Shown: in pieces, positions 48,412-58,183 of the stretch | How positions within the stretch are numbered: position 1 is the stretch's first letter | Layout of the letters: each line of letters starts with the position of its first letter | Translations under genes and position numbers: made by a program | Assembly (NCBI GenBank): GCA_965197885.1 | Contig: OZ240231.1 | Coordinates: 1,166,369 to 1,230,368 of the forward strand | DNA length: 64,000 nucleotides | Reading direction: 5' to 3' | DNA from: Thermodesulfobacteriota bacterium | GTDB lineage: Bacteria; Desulfobacterota_D; UBA1144; Nemesobacterales; Nemesobacteraceae | The notes under the pieces: generated by a model | Seen by the model: the letters and a program-made list of their open reading frames with translations, nothing else | What the model was told of the DNA's origin: nothing | Database searches by the model: none

Positions 48412-49068
48412 TTAATAACCAAGCTTTCTGAGCGCATCACGGGCCGCAGACTGCTCAGACTGCCTTTTACTCCTGCCCTTGCCCATGCCCTTCAGATCGG
48501 AATGAACTCTGACCTCTACGGTGAAAGTCGTTTCATGCGGAGGGCCTTCTTCGCTTAGAACCCTGTACTCCGGCATCCGTCCGAAGATGCTCTGGGAAAC
48601 TTCCTGAAGTTCCGTTTTGCTGTCGCGGGGGAAATTATTTTCTTCGATAGCGTCTTGAAACAGTCGAGAGATCACCTCGAAAGTCTTCTCGTAGCCCGCA
48701 TCAAGATACAACGCCCCTATAAGCGCCTCAAAAGCGTTTGCGTTGTTTGACTCCCTTTTCCTTCCCCCGGTACTTTCCTCGCCTTTTCCAAGCCTCATCT
48801 GTTTTCCCAGACCAAGCGCATCGGCATATTTTGCAAAATTCGCACCGCTTACCACGCGACTTCTGATCTTGGAGAGATCGCCCTCGGTGCATGAAGGGTA
48901 CTTTTCGTAAAGCAGCACGCTTACCACGCATCCCAGCAGCGCGTCTCCGAGAAACTCGAGTCTCTCGTTGCTAGGGCATGAGAACTCGTTTGAGTATGAA
49001 CTGTGGGTAAGCGCCGTCTCAAGAAGAGAAAGATCTTTGAACTTGTAACCAAGTTTCCGGTGAGTCAT
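48412..49068 (-). CDS. rnc: ribonuclease III
   Basis: The RNase III signature NERLEFLGDALL is followed by a C-terminal dsRNA-binding domain. Length is 218 aa. Confidence 0.93.
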   Translation of the reverse strand: MTHRKLGYKFKDLSLLETALTHSSYSNEFSCPSNERLEFLGDALLGCVVSVLLYEKYPSCTEGDLSKIRSRVVSGANFAKYADALGLGKQMRLGKGEESTGGRKRESNNANAFEALIGALYLDAGYEKTFEVISRLFQDAIEENNFPRDSKTELQEVSQSIFGRMPEYRVLSEEGPPHETTFTVEVRVHSDLKGMGKGRSKRQSEQSAARDALRKLGY

Positions 49069-49138
49069 TGGGAAAAAATATCATTAACAACATTCAAAAT
49101 CAATTTTGCCGCCCGAGTGTTCAAATTTTAAGATTTTA

Positions 49139-49155
49139 TGCACAATAAACGTGCA
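49139..49155 (+). promoter_or_regulatory. candidate NtrC (enhancer) binding site
   Basis: TGCAC-AATAAAC-GTGCA is a 17-bp inverted repeat. It has the same outer half-sites and spacing as the enteric NtrC consensus TGCACC-N5-GGTGCA. It lies about 200 bp upstream of the sigma-54-like element. Confidence 0.35.
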
Positions 49156-49353
49156 CCCTCGGAAAAATACAAAATGCCACTTGAGGAAAAAAGAGATTTT
49201 TTTGCAAACAAGAATATAAATCGCGTCGCTTCTGAATCCTAGGAATATTCAATGATAGAAGTTAATTGCAAAACAAAAAACTTCCCCTTCGCAAAAGAAA
49301 CAGTTATTTTATACGCCGGTTTAAAAAACCAGTTCACTTCAAAACGAAACAAA

Positions 49354-49368
49354 TGGTATATTTCTTGA
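49354..49368 (+). promoter_or_regulatory. weak sigma-54 (-24/-12) promoter candidate for glnB-glnA
   Basis: TGGTAT-ATTTC-TTGA is compared with the consensus TGGCAC-N5-TTGC. The GG at -24 is present, but the -12 element reads GA instead of GC. The site lies about 47 nt upstream of the glnB ATG. Confidence 0.3.
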
Positions 49369-49399
49369 TACTTTAATGTAGCTGAATAAATATGCTTAG

Positions 49400-49753
<354 letters not shown>

Positions 49754-49814
49754 TTAGCGCCCGTACCAAAGAACTTCTCTCTGGGAACAACAGCATTAAG
49801 GAGGATAATTGATC

Positions 49815-51266
49815 ATGCCTACTGACAACAAGTCGGGCCAGCTTGCTCTTCCGAAAAAGCCGGCTGAAGTAATAAAGTTCATAAAAGATTACGAGATTGA
49901 GTTTGTCGATCTCAGGTTTCTTGATTTTATAGGGATGTGGCAGCACTTCACCATACCAGCGGATGAAGTGGACAAGTCGTTTTTTGAAAACGGCTTGGGT
50001 TTTGACGGTTCAAGCATCAGGGGCTGGCAGGCGATTAACGCAAGCGACATGCTACTGATTCCGGATGCCACCACCTGCAAGCGCGATCCCTTTATGCAGG
50101 CCGAGACCCTTGCCGTAATATGTAATATCGAAGATCCTATAACGAGGGAACCTTATACTAGAGACCCAAGAAACATAGCGAGAAAAGCTATTTCTTTCAT
50201 GCAGGGCACAAAGATTGCGGACACGGCCTTCTTTGGTCCTGAACTGGAATTCTTCATTTTTGACGATGTCAGATATGATCAGAGTCCCAGCGCCGGATAC
50301 TACTTCATAGATTCGGAGGAAGGCATCTGGAATTCCGGGGCTGATGAACAGCCGAACCTCGGTCATAAACTCAGGCACAAAGAAGGCTATTTTCCCACGC
50401 CTCCTTCAGACAGCATGCACGACATACGTTCCGAAATGGTGAGCGTGCTTTTAAGCCTGGGTATTTCCATTGAAGCCCACCACCATGAGGTTGCGACAGC
50501 GGGACAGGCGGAGATTGACATGCGCTTTGCGCCCATGGTCCAGATGGGAGACAACATGAAATGGTACAAGTACGTGGTAAAGAACGTTGCCCGGGAACAC
50601 GGGAAAACGGCCACTTTCATGCCAAAGCCCGTTTTTGACGACAACGGTTCCGGAATGCATGTTCACCAGTCCTTGTGGAAGAACGGAAAGCCTCTTTTCG
50701 CAGGAAAAGGGTATGCGGGACTAAGCAACTTGGCTATGCACTACGTGGGCGGGATACTGAAACACGCAAGGGCCATATGCGCGTTCAGCAATCCTATAAC
50801 GAATTCTTACAGGAGACTTGTTCCCGGGTTCGAAGCTCCCGTGAACCTTGCCTATTCGGCGAGAAACAGAAGCGCCGCGGTAAGAATTCCCATGTATTCG
50901 CCGAACCCCAAGTCAAAAAGAATTGAAGTCCGGTTCCCCGATCCCTCGTGTAACGGTTATCTGACGTTTTCCGCTATGCTGATGGCCGGACTCGACGGAA
51001 TCGAAAACAAGATCAAGCCGGGAGACCCGCTGGATAAGGATATCTACGCGTTGGGACTCGAAGAACTCAAAAACATTCCTTCCGTACCCGGTTCGCTTGA
51101 AGAGGCCGTCAAGGCTCTTGAAGACGATCATGAGTTTCTGCTCAAAGGAGGCGTGTTCACAGAAGATGTGATCGAGACATGGATTGACTACAAAACGGAA
51201 AACGAAATCAACCCGATCAGGCTGAGACCCGTACCGTACGAGTTCATGCTTTATTACGACGTATAA
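49815..51266 (+). CDS. glnA: glutamine synthetase, type I
   Basis: ATG 49815 follows AAGGAGGA. The motifs [18 protein letters not shown] and [12 protein letters not shown] are present, together with the adenylylation-loop-like segment DKDIY. Confidence 0.96.
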   Translation: MPTDNKSGQLALPKKPAEVIKFIKDYEIEFVDLRFLDFIGMWQHFTIPADEVDKSFFENGLGFDGSSIRGWQAINASDMLLIPDATTCKRDPFMQAETLAVICNIEDPITREPYTRDPRNIARKAISFMQGTKIADTAFFGPELEFFIFDDVRYDQSPSAGYYFIDSEEGIWNSGADEQPNLGHKLRHKEGYFPTPPSDSMHDIRSEMVSVLLSLGISIEAHHHEVATAGQAEIDMRFAPMVQMGDNMKWYKYVVKNVAREHGKTATFMPKPVFDDNGSGMHVHQSLWKNGKPLFAGKGYAGLSNLAMHYVGGILKHARAICAFSNPITNSYRRLVPGFEAPVNLAYSARNRSAAVRIPMYSPNPKSKRIEVRFPDPSCNGYLTFSAMLMAGLDGIENKIKPGDPLDKDIYALGLEELKNIPSVPGSLEEAVKALEDDHEFLLKGGVFTEDVIETWIDYKTENEINPIRLRPVPYEFMLYYDV

Positions 51267-51281
51267 AGAAACAGAATCTGA

Positions 51282-53155
51282 ATCGGGATAGGGGGGAATC
51301 TCTCGATTCCACCCCTCCCACACCACCACGCGTACGGGTCCGTACGTGGCGGTTCGACGGATTTAAGCTGCTGAATCAGGCAGCACGGAGATGAGCCCTA
51401 GCTTCTCCAGAGAGGTTTTGGGAAGGGCGTAATGCAGTGCGGGAATCTTGCTGAGCCGCCATGGGCCATGAGGATTGCCGGCAGCTCGTGCCGCCAGGTC
51501 CTTGTTAACCCCCAGACGACGCAACGCCGCAAACCGCGTTCGTCCCCGCTTCCACTGCCGCCACATAATGGCCCGTATGCGCCGCCTGATCCACTTGTCC
51601 ATCCCGCTCAACACCGACGGGGTCTCGCAGTATCCGAAGTACCCGCGCCATCCGACGAGGTAGCTACACAACTCTTTTATAAGTTGGTCGAGCCTTACGC
51701 TCTTCACACAGCGCGTAAGCTCCCGTACTCGCCGCTTGAAACGGACCAATGCCTTCGGCGCAATCCGCCGCTTGGGTGAGCGACCCGCCGTAAAGCTGAA
51801 CCCCAGAAACGACCGCCTCGCAGGACGGTCTACCGCGCTCTTGGACCTATTGACCCCTAGCTTAAGCCTCCCGGCCAGAAACCGGGTTACCCCTGCCATC
51901 ACCCGCTCCCCCGCTCGCCATGACCGCACATAGATGTTGCAGTCATCAGCGTAGCGCACGAAACGGTGTCCCCGCCTCTCAAGCTCCTTGTCCAACACGT
52001 CAAGCATGAGGTTCGACAGCAACGGCGACAGCGGACCGCCTTGCGGCGTTCCCATAACACTCGGGCTGACAAGCCCGCCCTCGAGCACCCCCGCGTTAAG
52101 AAATCCCCGTATCAGCTTGAGGATACGCTTGTCTGCCACTCTCTTGGATACTAACCCCATCAGTATGTCGTGGTTCACCCTGTCAAAGAACTTCTCAAGA
52201 TCAAGATCTACCGCGACCCTGTACCCCGCACGGATGTGCTCCTGCGCGCGTCCCACCGCTTGGTGGGCACTGCGCCCGGGCCGAAACCCGTAGCTTGAAT
52301 CAGAGAAACCACCGTCCCACCTCGCCCCCAGCACTTGCAGTAACGCCTGCTGTATGAACCGGTCAAGAACCGTCGGCACCCCAAGGGGCCTCATGCCCCC
52401 ACTTGCCTTCGGTATCTCAACGCGCCTCACCGCCTGCGGTCTGTAGCTGCCGTCGAGCAGATGGGCCTTTATCTCCGACCAGTGTTCCTTTAGATGGTCG
52501 CCCAGTTCTCCCACCCTCATACCGTCTACCCCGGGCGCCCCCTTGTTGCGCCGCACTCTCCCCAGCGCCTTCTTCAGATTGCCGGGCTCTACAACCTCTT
52601 CCATCGTAGGCCCCCACCCGGCCGCCAGGCCTTCAGTGCCGGCTCGCGCCACGCAGACTTCGGTCCCTTCACCAAGGCACCTCGGGGCTTCACCCCTGCT
52701 GTCCTTGACAAAGGCCAGCTCCAGCTGGTTGTTCTGCCGCTTTGTACGCATGAGCTCACCGCCTGACTTGCCCTTCCGTCGTTCGGGCCTTCGCCACACT
52801 CTGCGGCTACTATGCCCTCTGCTGACTTCTGCGCCGCGATCACGACCCTTGCGAACCGCTCAGTCCCTCTCCGGGACACGACGCAGACCTCCCGAGGTAA
52901 GACCAGCCGCCTTCGCCGCACACCCGCCGAATTTACCACCCCGACCCTTGATGACTATGGACTTCGCGATCATTTGCTCGCTTGTCCAGTCGGGCAGGCC
53001 TCGTATCCGGTTCTTGTCCATCGGGTCGCGGCTTTGCTTCACGCTTCCTTCAGACCATGCCTCGCGACATCGCCCTTGCGCTTCGCTTATCCTTCACCGC
53101 CATCAGGTTGGATAGGGGACTCCCACCCCCAAGCTGCCGGTCATGCTCGGCACAC
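51282..53155 (-). mobile_element. group II intron, class C (IIC)-like, with intron-encoded RT/maturase
   Basis: The 5' end reads GUGUGCCGAGCAUGACC on the minus strand from 53155. Domain V is GAACCGCCACGUACG-GACC-CGUACG(CG)UGGUGGU at about 51318-51352. Domain VI has a bulged A and the intron ends ..UAUCCCGAU near 51282. Only about 480 nt of non-ORF ribozyme RNA is present. It is inserted just after a terminator hairpin. Confidence 0.8.
51363..52751 (-). CDS. group II intron reverse transcriptase/maturase (no endonuclease domain)
   Basis: RT blocks are present (RVEIPKASGGMRPLGVPTVLDR, the catalytic YADD in RYADDCNIYV and FLGFSF in the X/maturase region). No HNH or En domain is present. I chose ATG 52751, although a GTG at 52799 is possible. 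Confidence 0.9.
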   Translation of the reverse strand: MRTKRQNNQLELAFVKDSRGEAPRCLGEGTEVCVARAGTEGLAAGWGPTMEEVVEPGNLKKALGRVRRNKGAPGVDGMRVGELGDHLKEHWSEIKAHLLDGSYRPQAVRRVEIPKASGGMRPLGVPTVLDRFIQQALLQVLGARWDGGFSDSSYGFRPGRSAHQAVGRAQEHIRAGYRVAVDLDLEKFFDRVNHDILMGLVSKRVADKRILKLIRGFLNAGVLEGGLVSPSVMGTPQGGPLSPLLSNLMLDVLDKELERRGHRFVRYADDCNIYVRSWRAGERVMAGVTRFLAGRLKLGVNRSKSAVDRPARRSFLGFSFTAGRSPKRRIAPKALVRFKRRVRELTRCVKSVRLDQLIKELCSYLVGWRGYFGYCETPSVLSGMDKWIRRRIRAIMWRQWKRGRTRFAALRRLGVNKDLAARAAGNPHGPWRLSKIPALHYALPKTSLEKLGLISVLPDSAA

Positions 53156-53161
53156 AAACAG

Positions 53162-53195
53162 AAAAGGGCGCCTTTTTTAAGGCGCCCTTTTTTTT
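53162..53195. terminator. bidirectional rho-independent terminator (original glnA terminator; group IIC intron target hairpin)
   Basis: The sequence is AAAAGGGCGCC-TTTTTTAA-GGCGCCCTTTTTTTT. The GC-rich 7-bp stem is flanked by an A-tract and a T-tract. Confidence 0.7.
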
Positions 53196-53231
53196 GCTTT
53201 TGACAAACCATATCATTTACGGAGTCGCGAC

Positions 53232-53633
53232 ATGAAACCGAAACTGGCAATTATCACCCTGGGAGTCACCGACATTGCGGTGGCAAAAAAGTTTTATGAG
53301 CAGGGAATGGGCTTGATACCCGAGAAAGAGTCATCTGATACAATCACCTTCTACGATATGAACGGCGTATTGCTGTCCCTTTATCCGAAAGACAAGCTGG
53401 CCGAAGATGTAACTGTCTCGGCGGAAGGAGGTGGATTTTCCGGTGTGACAATCGCGCATAACGAGCCGAGCAAAGAAGAAGTGCACAAGGTGATAGAGGA
53501 GGCACGCAACGCAGGTGCTAGAGTTATAAAGGAACCGCAGGGCGCGTTCTGGGGCGGTTACTCAGGGTATTTCGAGGATCCCGACGGCCATCTCTGGGAA
53601 ATTGCCTACAACCCGTTTACCGATTTGACATAA
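53232..53633 (+). CDS. VOC (glyoxalase/bleomycin-resistance/dioxygenase) family protein
   Basis: The 133-aa protein starts LAIITLGVTD and ends DPDGHLWEIAYNP. Both segments are typical of VOC-fold proteins. Confidence 0.8.
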   Translation: MKPKLAIITLGVTDIAVAKKFYEQGMGLIPEKESSDTITFYDMNGVLLSLYPKDKLAEDVTVSAEGGGFSGVTIAHNEPSKEEVHKVIEEARNAGARVIKEPQGAFWGGYSGYFEDPDGHLWEIAYNPFTDLT

Positions 53634-53760
53634 AGAAGTCACCCTTCTAGAAGAGGAGAACCAAAGAATATATTATTGCTCCAGTGCTGGCGCGTAGTGA
53701 AGCAACTCTGTCCGGTTCTCTGTTTTTCAAGCACTTCGCCGGTTAAAGCGCTAAAACGTT

Positions 53761-53848
53761 TGGTGCCGAAGGGGGGAGTCGAACCCCCACGGGCGCAATG
53801 CCCACAGGATTCTGAATCCTGCGCGTCTACCAATTCCGCCACTTCGGC
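53761..53848 (-). tRNA. tRNA-Leu (CAG)
   Basis: The minus strand reads GCCGAAGTGGCGGAATTGGTAGACGC...CAGGATTCAGAATCCTG...long variable arm...GGTTCGACTCCCCCTTCGGCACCA. Length is 88 nt. It starts 3 nt after the gspK stop. Confidence 0.92.
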
Positions 53849-53850
53849 TC

Positions 53851-54942
53851 TTATCTTTCTCTCCAAGACACCATGGTCGGATACGAATTCTTCTTTTTCA
53901 GGTTTTTACGTATAACGGCCCGAATCTCTCTTGACACGGGGATTCCATCCCCCACTATGCCGGTGGAAACAGCAGTATAGACATCGCTTTTCCCGCCCTT
54001 AAGAACCACCCCCGAGATACCGGAACCTATCTTCAGACTGGAATCCACTCTCTTTAAAATCTTCTTGGTTTCACTGGCAGATATAATCCTCTTGGTGCTC
54101 CTGCGCGTTATTACCTCGTCGGCCATTCTCCTAACAAGGCTGTCTTTTAGTTCCTGGGAATTGCTCTCCCTCTCGGTGACTGAGACTCCGGCAGCTTTAA
54201 TGGTAGCCATTATCACCGTTTTTGAAGCGGTGCTGAAATTCACCTTCTTGTCGTTAGGATACGCGGTCAGATAGTCCCTGACCTTGAAAAAGAAGTCCTT
54301 ATCCATCCCCTGAATCATCCTAATTTCCTCGACGCTGTCAAGCGGTCCGTCCTTGATATAATAAGGGTTTTCAAGCTTCGCGTAATAGGCTGCAGCGGCA
54401 CCATCTGGGTCCTGATCGTTTCCGGCCCCCCGCGCCGCCCCGTCAAGCCAGTTTACAAGGCTCGCCACGAAGAGATCGGCCTTCTCCGTCTCCACTCCGA
54501 GGAAGCGGAAAAGTTCATTTAGCTGCGTGCGGACCTGAAAATCCACTCGGTTTGATTTCTGATCCACAAGCGCGTTAAGGTTGGCTTTTGATCTCTCGTC
54601 TATGACCTCAAGGGATATGTTTCCGGATCCGATGGGAAAAGAACTGACGGAAAGTCTCCAGCCACCGGCGCCGTTCTGCGATTTTATTGCCTGCGCGAGC
54701 ACTCCTTTGGGCACCGGAATTCCCTCAAGGGTTTTTTTTCTCAGGATTCCTCGCACGACTCTGACTCCTGATTTTGCGATATGCCTTGCCTGCACATCGC
54801 TTGAACTGTTGACGGAAATCTCGTAACTCACGCGGGTCGAGTATATGAAATCAATCACAATCGTGGACAGTATCGCAATCGTTATGACGACGATAACAAG
54901 GACTATTCCTCTCTGCGCTCCTTTTGAATCTGCTCTTTGCAT
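53851..54942 (-). CDS. gspK: type II secretion system minor pseudopilin GspK
   Basis: The N-terminal segment QRGIVLVIVVITIAIL is hydrophobic. Size (363 aa) and position after gspJ match GspK. Confidence 0.75.
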   Translation of the reverse strand: MQRADSKGAQRGIVLVIVVITIAILSTIVIDFIYSTRVSYEISVNSSSDVQARHIAKSGVRVVRGILRKKTLEGIPVPKGVLAQAIKSQNGAGGWRLSVSSFPIGSGNISLEVIDERSKANLNALVDQKSNRVDFQVRTQLNELFRFLGVETEKADLFVASLVNWLDGAARGAGNDQDPDGAAAAYYAKLENPYYIKDGPLDSVEEIRMIQGMDKDFFFKVRDYLTAYPNDKKVNFSTASKTVIMATIKAAGVSVTERESNSQELKDSLVRRMADEVITRRSTKRIISASETKKILKRVDSSLKIGSGISGVVLKGGKSDVYTAVSTGIVGDGIPVSREIRAVIRKNLKKKNSYPTMVSWRER

Positions 54943-55617
54943 TCAGTCAGCCACCGGTATAGCAACAATCATGGAATGGGTTTCCTCCTGACCCCCGTCT
55001 CCAACAAGAATAATCTGGACCTGAACGGCTGCGGGAAATCCTCGCATAACGGACGAATCCCACTCCCACACTTTTTGCCCGTTAGCCAAGCCTGGCGATC
55101 GTTCGGCAAGAAAATTCACCCGGAAACTAAGAACCCTCTCCGAAATCGGGTACGCGGCTCCGGCTTCATCGTTTCCGATCCAGTAATTATCCTTCTTCAT
55201 AAGAGCAAACATATCCTCGTGCTCGCCTCTAAGTGGAACCACGTAGTAGGATATCTCGCTCTGGCCGGATTGAGTGGAATAATGCGTGGGGTCCTTCGCA
55301 AAAGAGGTAAAAACAATCCTGCTGTTCTCCCCCTCGAGCCTCCCTGTAAAATAGCGGTACGCGGACGGAGAAGAAGTTTCGGAGTTGATACTACCTCTGG
55401 GAAATACATTCACCAGGTCATGGCGCATCTTAAGCAGGATAGTGTTTGCCTCCTGGATCAGCTCGTTTTCCGTTTCTACCCTGCGTTTGGCGGTTATTAG
55501 CTGGGAAAAAGAACTATAGAGCATCGTAAGCACGATGACCGTTATACTAACGGAGATAAGAACCTCTATAAGTGTAAAACCGCTTTCATTACCCCGAATC
55601 GACGAAGTTGATTTCAT
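54943..55617 (-). CDS. gspJ: type II secretion system minor pseudopilin GspJ
   Basis: The prepilin-type N-terminus reads GFTLIEVLISV. Length is 224 aa, and the gene lies between gspI and gspK. Confidence 0.75.
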   Translation of the reverse strand: MKSTSSIRGNESGFTLIEVLISVSITVIVLTMLYSSFSQLITAKRRVETENELIQEANTILLKMRHDLVNVFPRGSINSETSSPSAYRYFTGRLEGENSRIVFTSFAKDPTHYSTQSGQSEISYYVVPLRGEHEDMFALMKKDNYWIGNDEAGAAYPISERVLSFRVNFLAERSPGLANGQKVWEWDSSVMRGFPAAVQVQIILVGDGGQEETHSMIVAIPVAD

Positions 55618-55963
55618 AGCTCTCCTCCCCGTCGTCCCAAGTTATAAGAACACTGACTATGTTCATTTTCGCTTCGAATTGCGGCAAATTGTAGGGAGCG
55701 ACCACGATATGCCACTCAAAACCCGGATGATTATCAAACTTTCCGCTTCTTTCAGAATCCAAGGGGAGCCCCTCGGCGTCAATCCGGGAAGCTATCTCGT
55801 CAGCGAGGCTCGTGGCAATCAGATAGCTTGTGGACTTTGTGGCAAGATTGATATTATGGCCTACGATGCCGAGGATTGAGACCATCGCGAAGGAAAGCAA
55901 CGCCACGGCGACCATGACTTCAAGCAACGTGAATCCGCAAACGCTTTTTTTCGAGACCTTCAT
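55589..55963 (-). CDS. gspI: type II secretion system minor pseudopilin GspI
   Basis: The prepilin-type N-terminus reads GFTLLEVMVAV. Length is 124 aa. Confidence 0.75.
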   Translation of the reverse strand: MKVSKKSVCGFTLLEVMVAVALLSFAMVSILGIVGHNINLATKSTSYLIATSLADEIASRIDAEGLPLDSERSGKFDNHPGFEWHIVVAPYNLPQFEAKMNIVSVLITWDDGEESYEINFVDSG

Positions 55964-55975
55964 CCCGTTTTTTCC

Positions 55976-56509
55976 CTACTGCTCCGCTATACTCTGAAGC
56001 CGGTTGTTAAATTCGACGTACTTGTCAAAAACTTTCGTGGCCCCGGTGTAGGGATTGGTGGAAAGCGTGAAAAAATTATCCTTACCAGTTCTCAGGTGAA
56101 TAACCGCCGAGTCAACAATCCCCGTTGGCAGAAAAAGTATAAACGCGTCTCTTCCAGAACCGACTTTACCCTGAGTTCTCTCAGTCTGTATATCGCTGAA
56201 AGAAACTCCGCTTGGAAGCTTTTTGCGCCCGTGCCCGGAACCCTCTTCCGAGGTAAACTGGTTTCCCTGAAGAACCTCCACCCAGTATTCCCCGGCATCA
56301 ATATCGAAAGAAAGCTTGTATATCCGTTTTTCAAAAACGGACTTGCTGTACAGGTATCTTATCGTCGTGACAAGTCCTCTTGAAGCGCTGCGCAGGCTCA
56401 TGTCACCCGTTTTGAAAACCCGCGGCATCGCCACGGAGAAAAAAGCTCCGAGCAGAAAAACTACCACCATGATTTCAATTAAGGTAAAACCCGCGGATTT
56501 TCTTCTCAT
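55976..56509 (-). CDS. gspH: type II secretion system minor pseudopilin GspH
   Basis: The prepilin-type N-terminus reads GFTLIEIMVVV. Length is 177 aa. The start overlaps the gspG stop (ATGA). Confidence 0.75.
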   Translation of the reverse strand: MRRKSAGFTLIEIMVVVFLLGAFFSVAMPRVFKTGDMSLRSASRGLVTTIRYLYSKSVFEKRIYKLSFDIDAGEYWVEVLQGNQFTSEEGSGHGRKKLPSGVSFSDIQTERTQGKVGSGRDAFILFLPTGIVDSAVIHLRTGKDNFFTLSTNPYTGATKVFDKYVEFNNRLQSIAEQ

Positions 56510-56925
56510 CTGTCTCTGCTGGACAGATCGTCATCTGAATTCCCTACACCGTCCGGGCCATTAGATCTTATATAGTACAATCCGTCCTCGGTCTGGTCAG
56601 CTCCGAAATATACAAACTCGTTTCCCCAAGGATCAAACGGCACGCTTGAAGACTCCAGATAGCGCCTCCATCTTCTGGCTTCCCTGCCCACCGCTACCGG
56701 CTCAATCAGAGCACGCAGCCCCTGCTGGGTTTCGGGATAAAAACCGTTATCAAACTTAAACAGCTGGAGCGCCTGCTCAAACTGCTTGATCTGAATCATA
56801 GCCTGTTTTTCCTTTGCTCTCTCCCCCTGACCTATCACATTCGTGCCCACTATGTAGGCAAGCCCCGCGATGATAAGCACGACCACCATGATTTCAATCA
56901 GAGTAAATCCCATCTGGGATCTCAT
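56506..56925 (-). CDS. gspG: type II secretion system major pseudopilin GspG
   Basis: MGFTLIEIMVVV is followed by a conserved GspG core (...A...I..F..AL..F..DNG.YP....GL.AL...P.DPWGN.Y.Y). Length is 139 aa. Confidence 0.9.
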   Translation of the reverse strand: MRSQMGFTLIEIMVVVLIIAGLAYIVGTNVIGQGERAKEKQAMIQIKQFEQALQLFKFDNGFYPETQQGLRALIEPVAVGREARRWRRYLESSSVPFDPWGNEFVYFGADQTEDGLYYIRSNGPDGVGNSDDDLSSRDR

Positions 56926-56942
56926 TTTTGTTACCTCCCTGT

Positions 56943-58151
56943 TCAGCTTATTACCGAAGTTAAATTCAATACGGGTAAAAGTATAGCGAAAACTATAAAA
57001 CCCATCACGACGCCCATAATCAGTATCATTACCGGTTCAAGAAGAGAAGTCAGCGTGGAAAGCATGCCGTCAACTTCAGTGTCGTACATATCGGCCACTT
57101 TCGAGAGCATGTCTTCAATTTTGCCGACTTCCTCACCCACAGATACCATTCTTACCACAAGAGGCGGGAAAATCCCGGTCTGTCCAAGACAGTCTCCAAA
57201 CGCCGAGCCTTCCGCCACCTTGACCTGGACATCCCTGATATTTTCAACGTAAAGACTGTTTCCAAGAACCGATTCGCTCACCTTAATCGAGTCAAGAAGA
57301 GGAATACCGCTTGAAAGCAGCGTGGCAAGCGTCCTTGTAAAACGGGAGATCATCACTTTTGAAGACATTTTCCCGAACACAGGAATCCGAAGGGATAATC
57401 TGTCGTAGATCTTTCTTCCAGAAGGGGTTTTTACGTACCTGTGCGCGAAAAAGAATACAACGGCCATAAAAACCAGCAACAGGGCGAAATTCTCCCTGAG
57501 AAAATCGCTTGCGCCTATAAGCACTACCGTAACAAATGGCAAAGCCTTATTGCTGGCCTCGAATATATCGGCGACTTTGGGAATTACGAAAGTCATCATG
57601 AAGACAAGCACCCCCATCCCGACGACAAACATTATCGCCGGATATATCATGGCACCCCTGATCTTCGAAGTGAGTTCAAGCTGTTTTTCAAGAAAATCCG
57701 CGAGACGGTCGAGTACAACATCAAGAGTGCCGCTTGCCTCGCCCGCGCGGACCATGCTCACGTAAAGGTCGGAAAAAACGCTTTTGTGCTCCTCAAGTGC
57801 GGCGTGAAGAGAACTGCCTTCACTCAGTCGGTTTCTGACCTCGGAGAGAATCTCTTTCAGCTTCTGGTCATCGGTCTGCTCGTAGAGAGCCACAAGCGAC
57901 GTCTCAAGAGGAAGACCGGCAGAAATCAACGTGGAGAACTGCCTTGTCATAACGGCAAGTTCCGAGATGCTCACCCCGCTCCACGGAAGGCTTCTCGACG
58001 AGCGACGAGCCCCGGTAGCCTCCTTTATGGAAGAAAGATAGACACCGCCTTTTCTGAGCTTGTCGCCTGCGGTCTTGACCGATTCTGCGCTGATAACCCC
58101 ACTTACCGATTCGCCCTTGTCGTTAATGGCTTTGTAGTTGTAAACAGGCAT
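56943..58151 (-). CDS. gspF: type II secretion system inner-membrane platform protein GspF
   Basis: The 402-aa protein has the duplicated T2SF domain architecture with three TM segments. The N-terminus reads MPVYNYKAI..G and the C-terminal region has the LLEP..I pattern. Confidence 0.9.
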   Translation of the reverse strand: MPVYNYKAINDKGESVSGVISAESVKTAGDKLRKGGVYLSSIKEATGARRSSRSLPWSGVSISELAVMTRQFSTLISAGLPLETSLVALYEQTDDQKLKEILSEVRNRLSEGSSLHAALEEHKSVFSDLYVSMVRAGEASGTLDVVLDRLADFLEKQLELTSKIRGAMIYPAIMFVVGMGVLVFMMTFVIPKVADIFEASNKALPFVTVVLIGASDFLRENFALLLVFMAVVFFFAHRYVKTPSGRKIYDRLSLRIPVFGKMSSKVMISRFTRTLATLLSSGIPLLDSIKVSESVLGNSLYVENIRDVQVKVAEGSAFGDCLGQTGIFPPLVVRMVSVGEEVGKIEDMLSKVADMYDTEVDGMLSTLTSLLEPVMILIMGVVMGFIVFAILLPVLNLTSVIS

Positions 58152-58183
58152 TTTGAAATACCGAGGCTAAAGATAAGCCCGGG

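Noticed and set aside
48406-48414. ntrC and rnc converge with only 3 nt between their stop codons, which might be a regulatory antisense arrangement.
   Set aside because: The observation is real, but there is no additional structure to interpret. Convergent overlap of 3' ends is common in compact genomes.
49754-49814. A possible second sigma-54 promoter between glnB and glnA (CTGGGAACAACAGCATT).
   Set aside because: The GG-to-GC spacing is off by at least one nucleotide relative to the -24/-12 consensus. The site is not supportable.
51269-53163. An 8-nt direct repeat AAACAGAA flanking the intron (51269-51276 and 53156-53163), which might be a target-site duplication.
   Set aside because: Group II intron retrohoming does not generate target-site duplications. 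The left copy is offset from the inferred 3' boundary. It is most likely coincidental A-rich sequence.
51432-53203. Several long plus-strand ORFs (for example 52543-53115, 190 aa, and 52812-53180) rich in Pro, Arg and Ser.
   Set aside because: They lie antisense to the GC-rich group II intron and its RT ORF. Their composition is typical of non-coding frames in GC-rich DNA.
53639-53866. A 75-aa minus-strand ORF (MERKIRAEVAELVDAQDSES..).
   Set aside because: It overlaps tRNA-Leu(CAG) and is a spurious translation of the tRNA.
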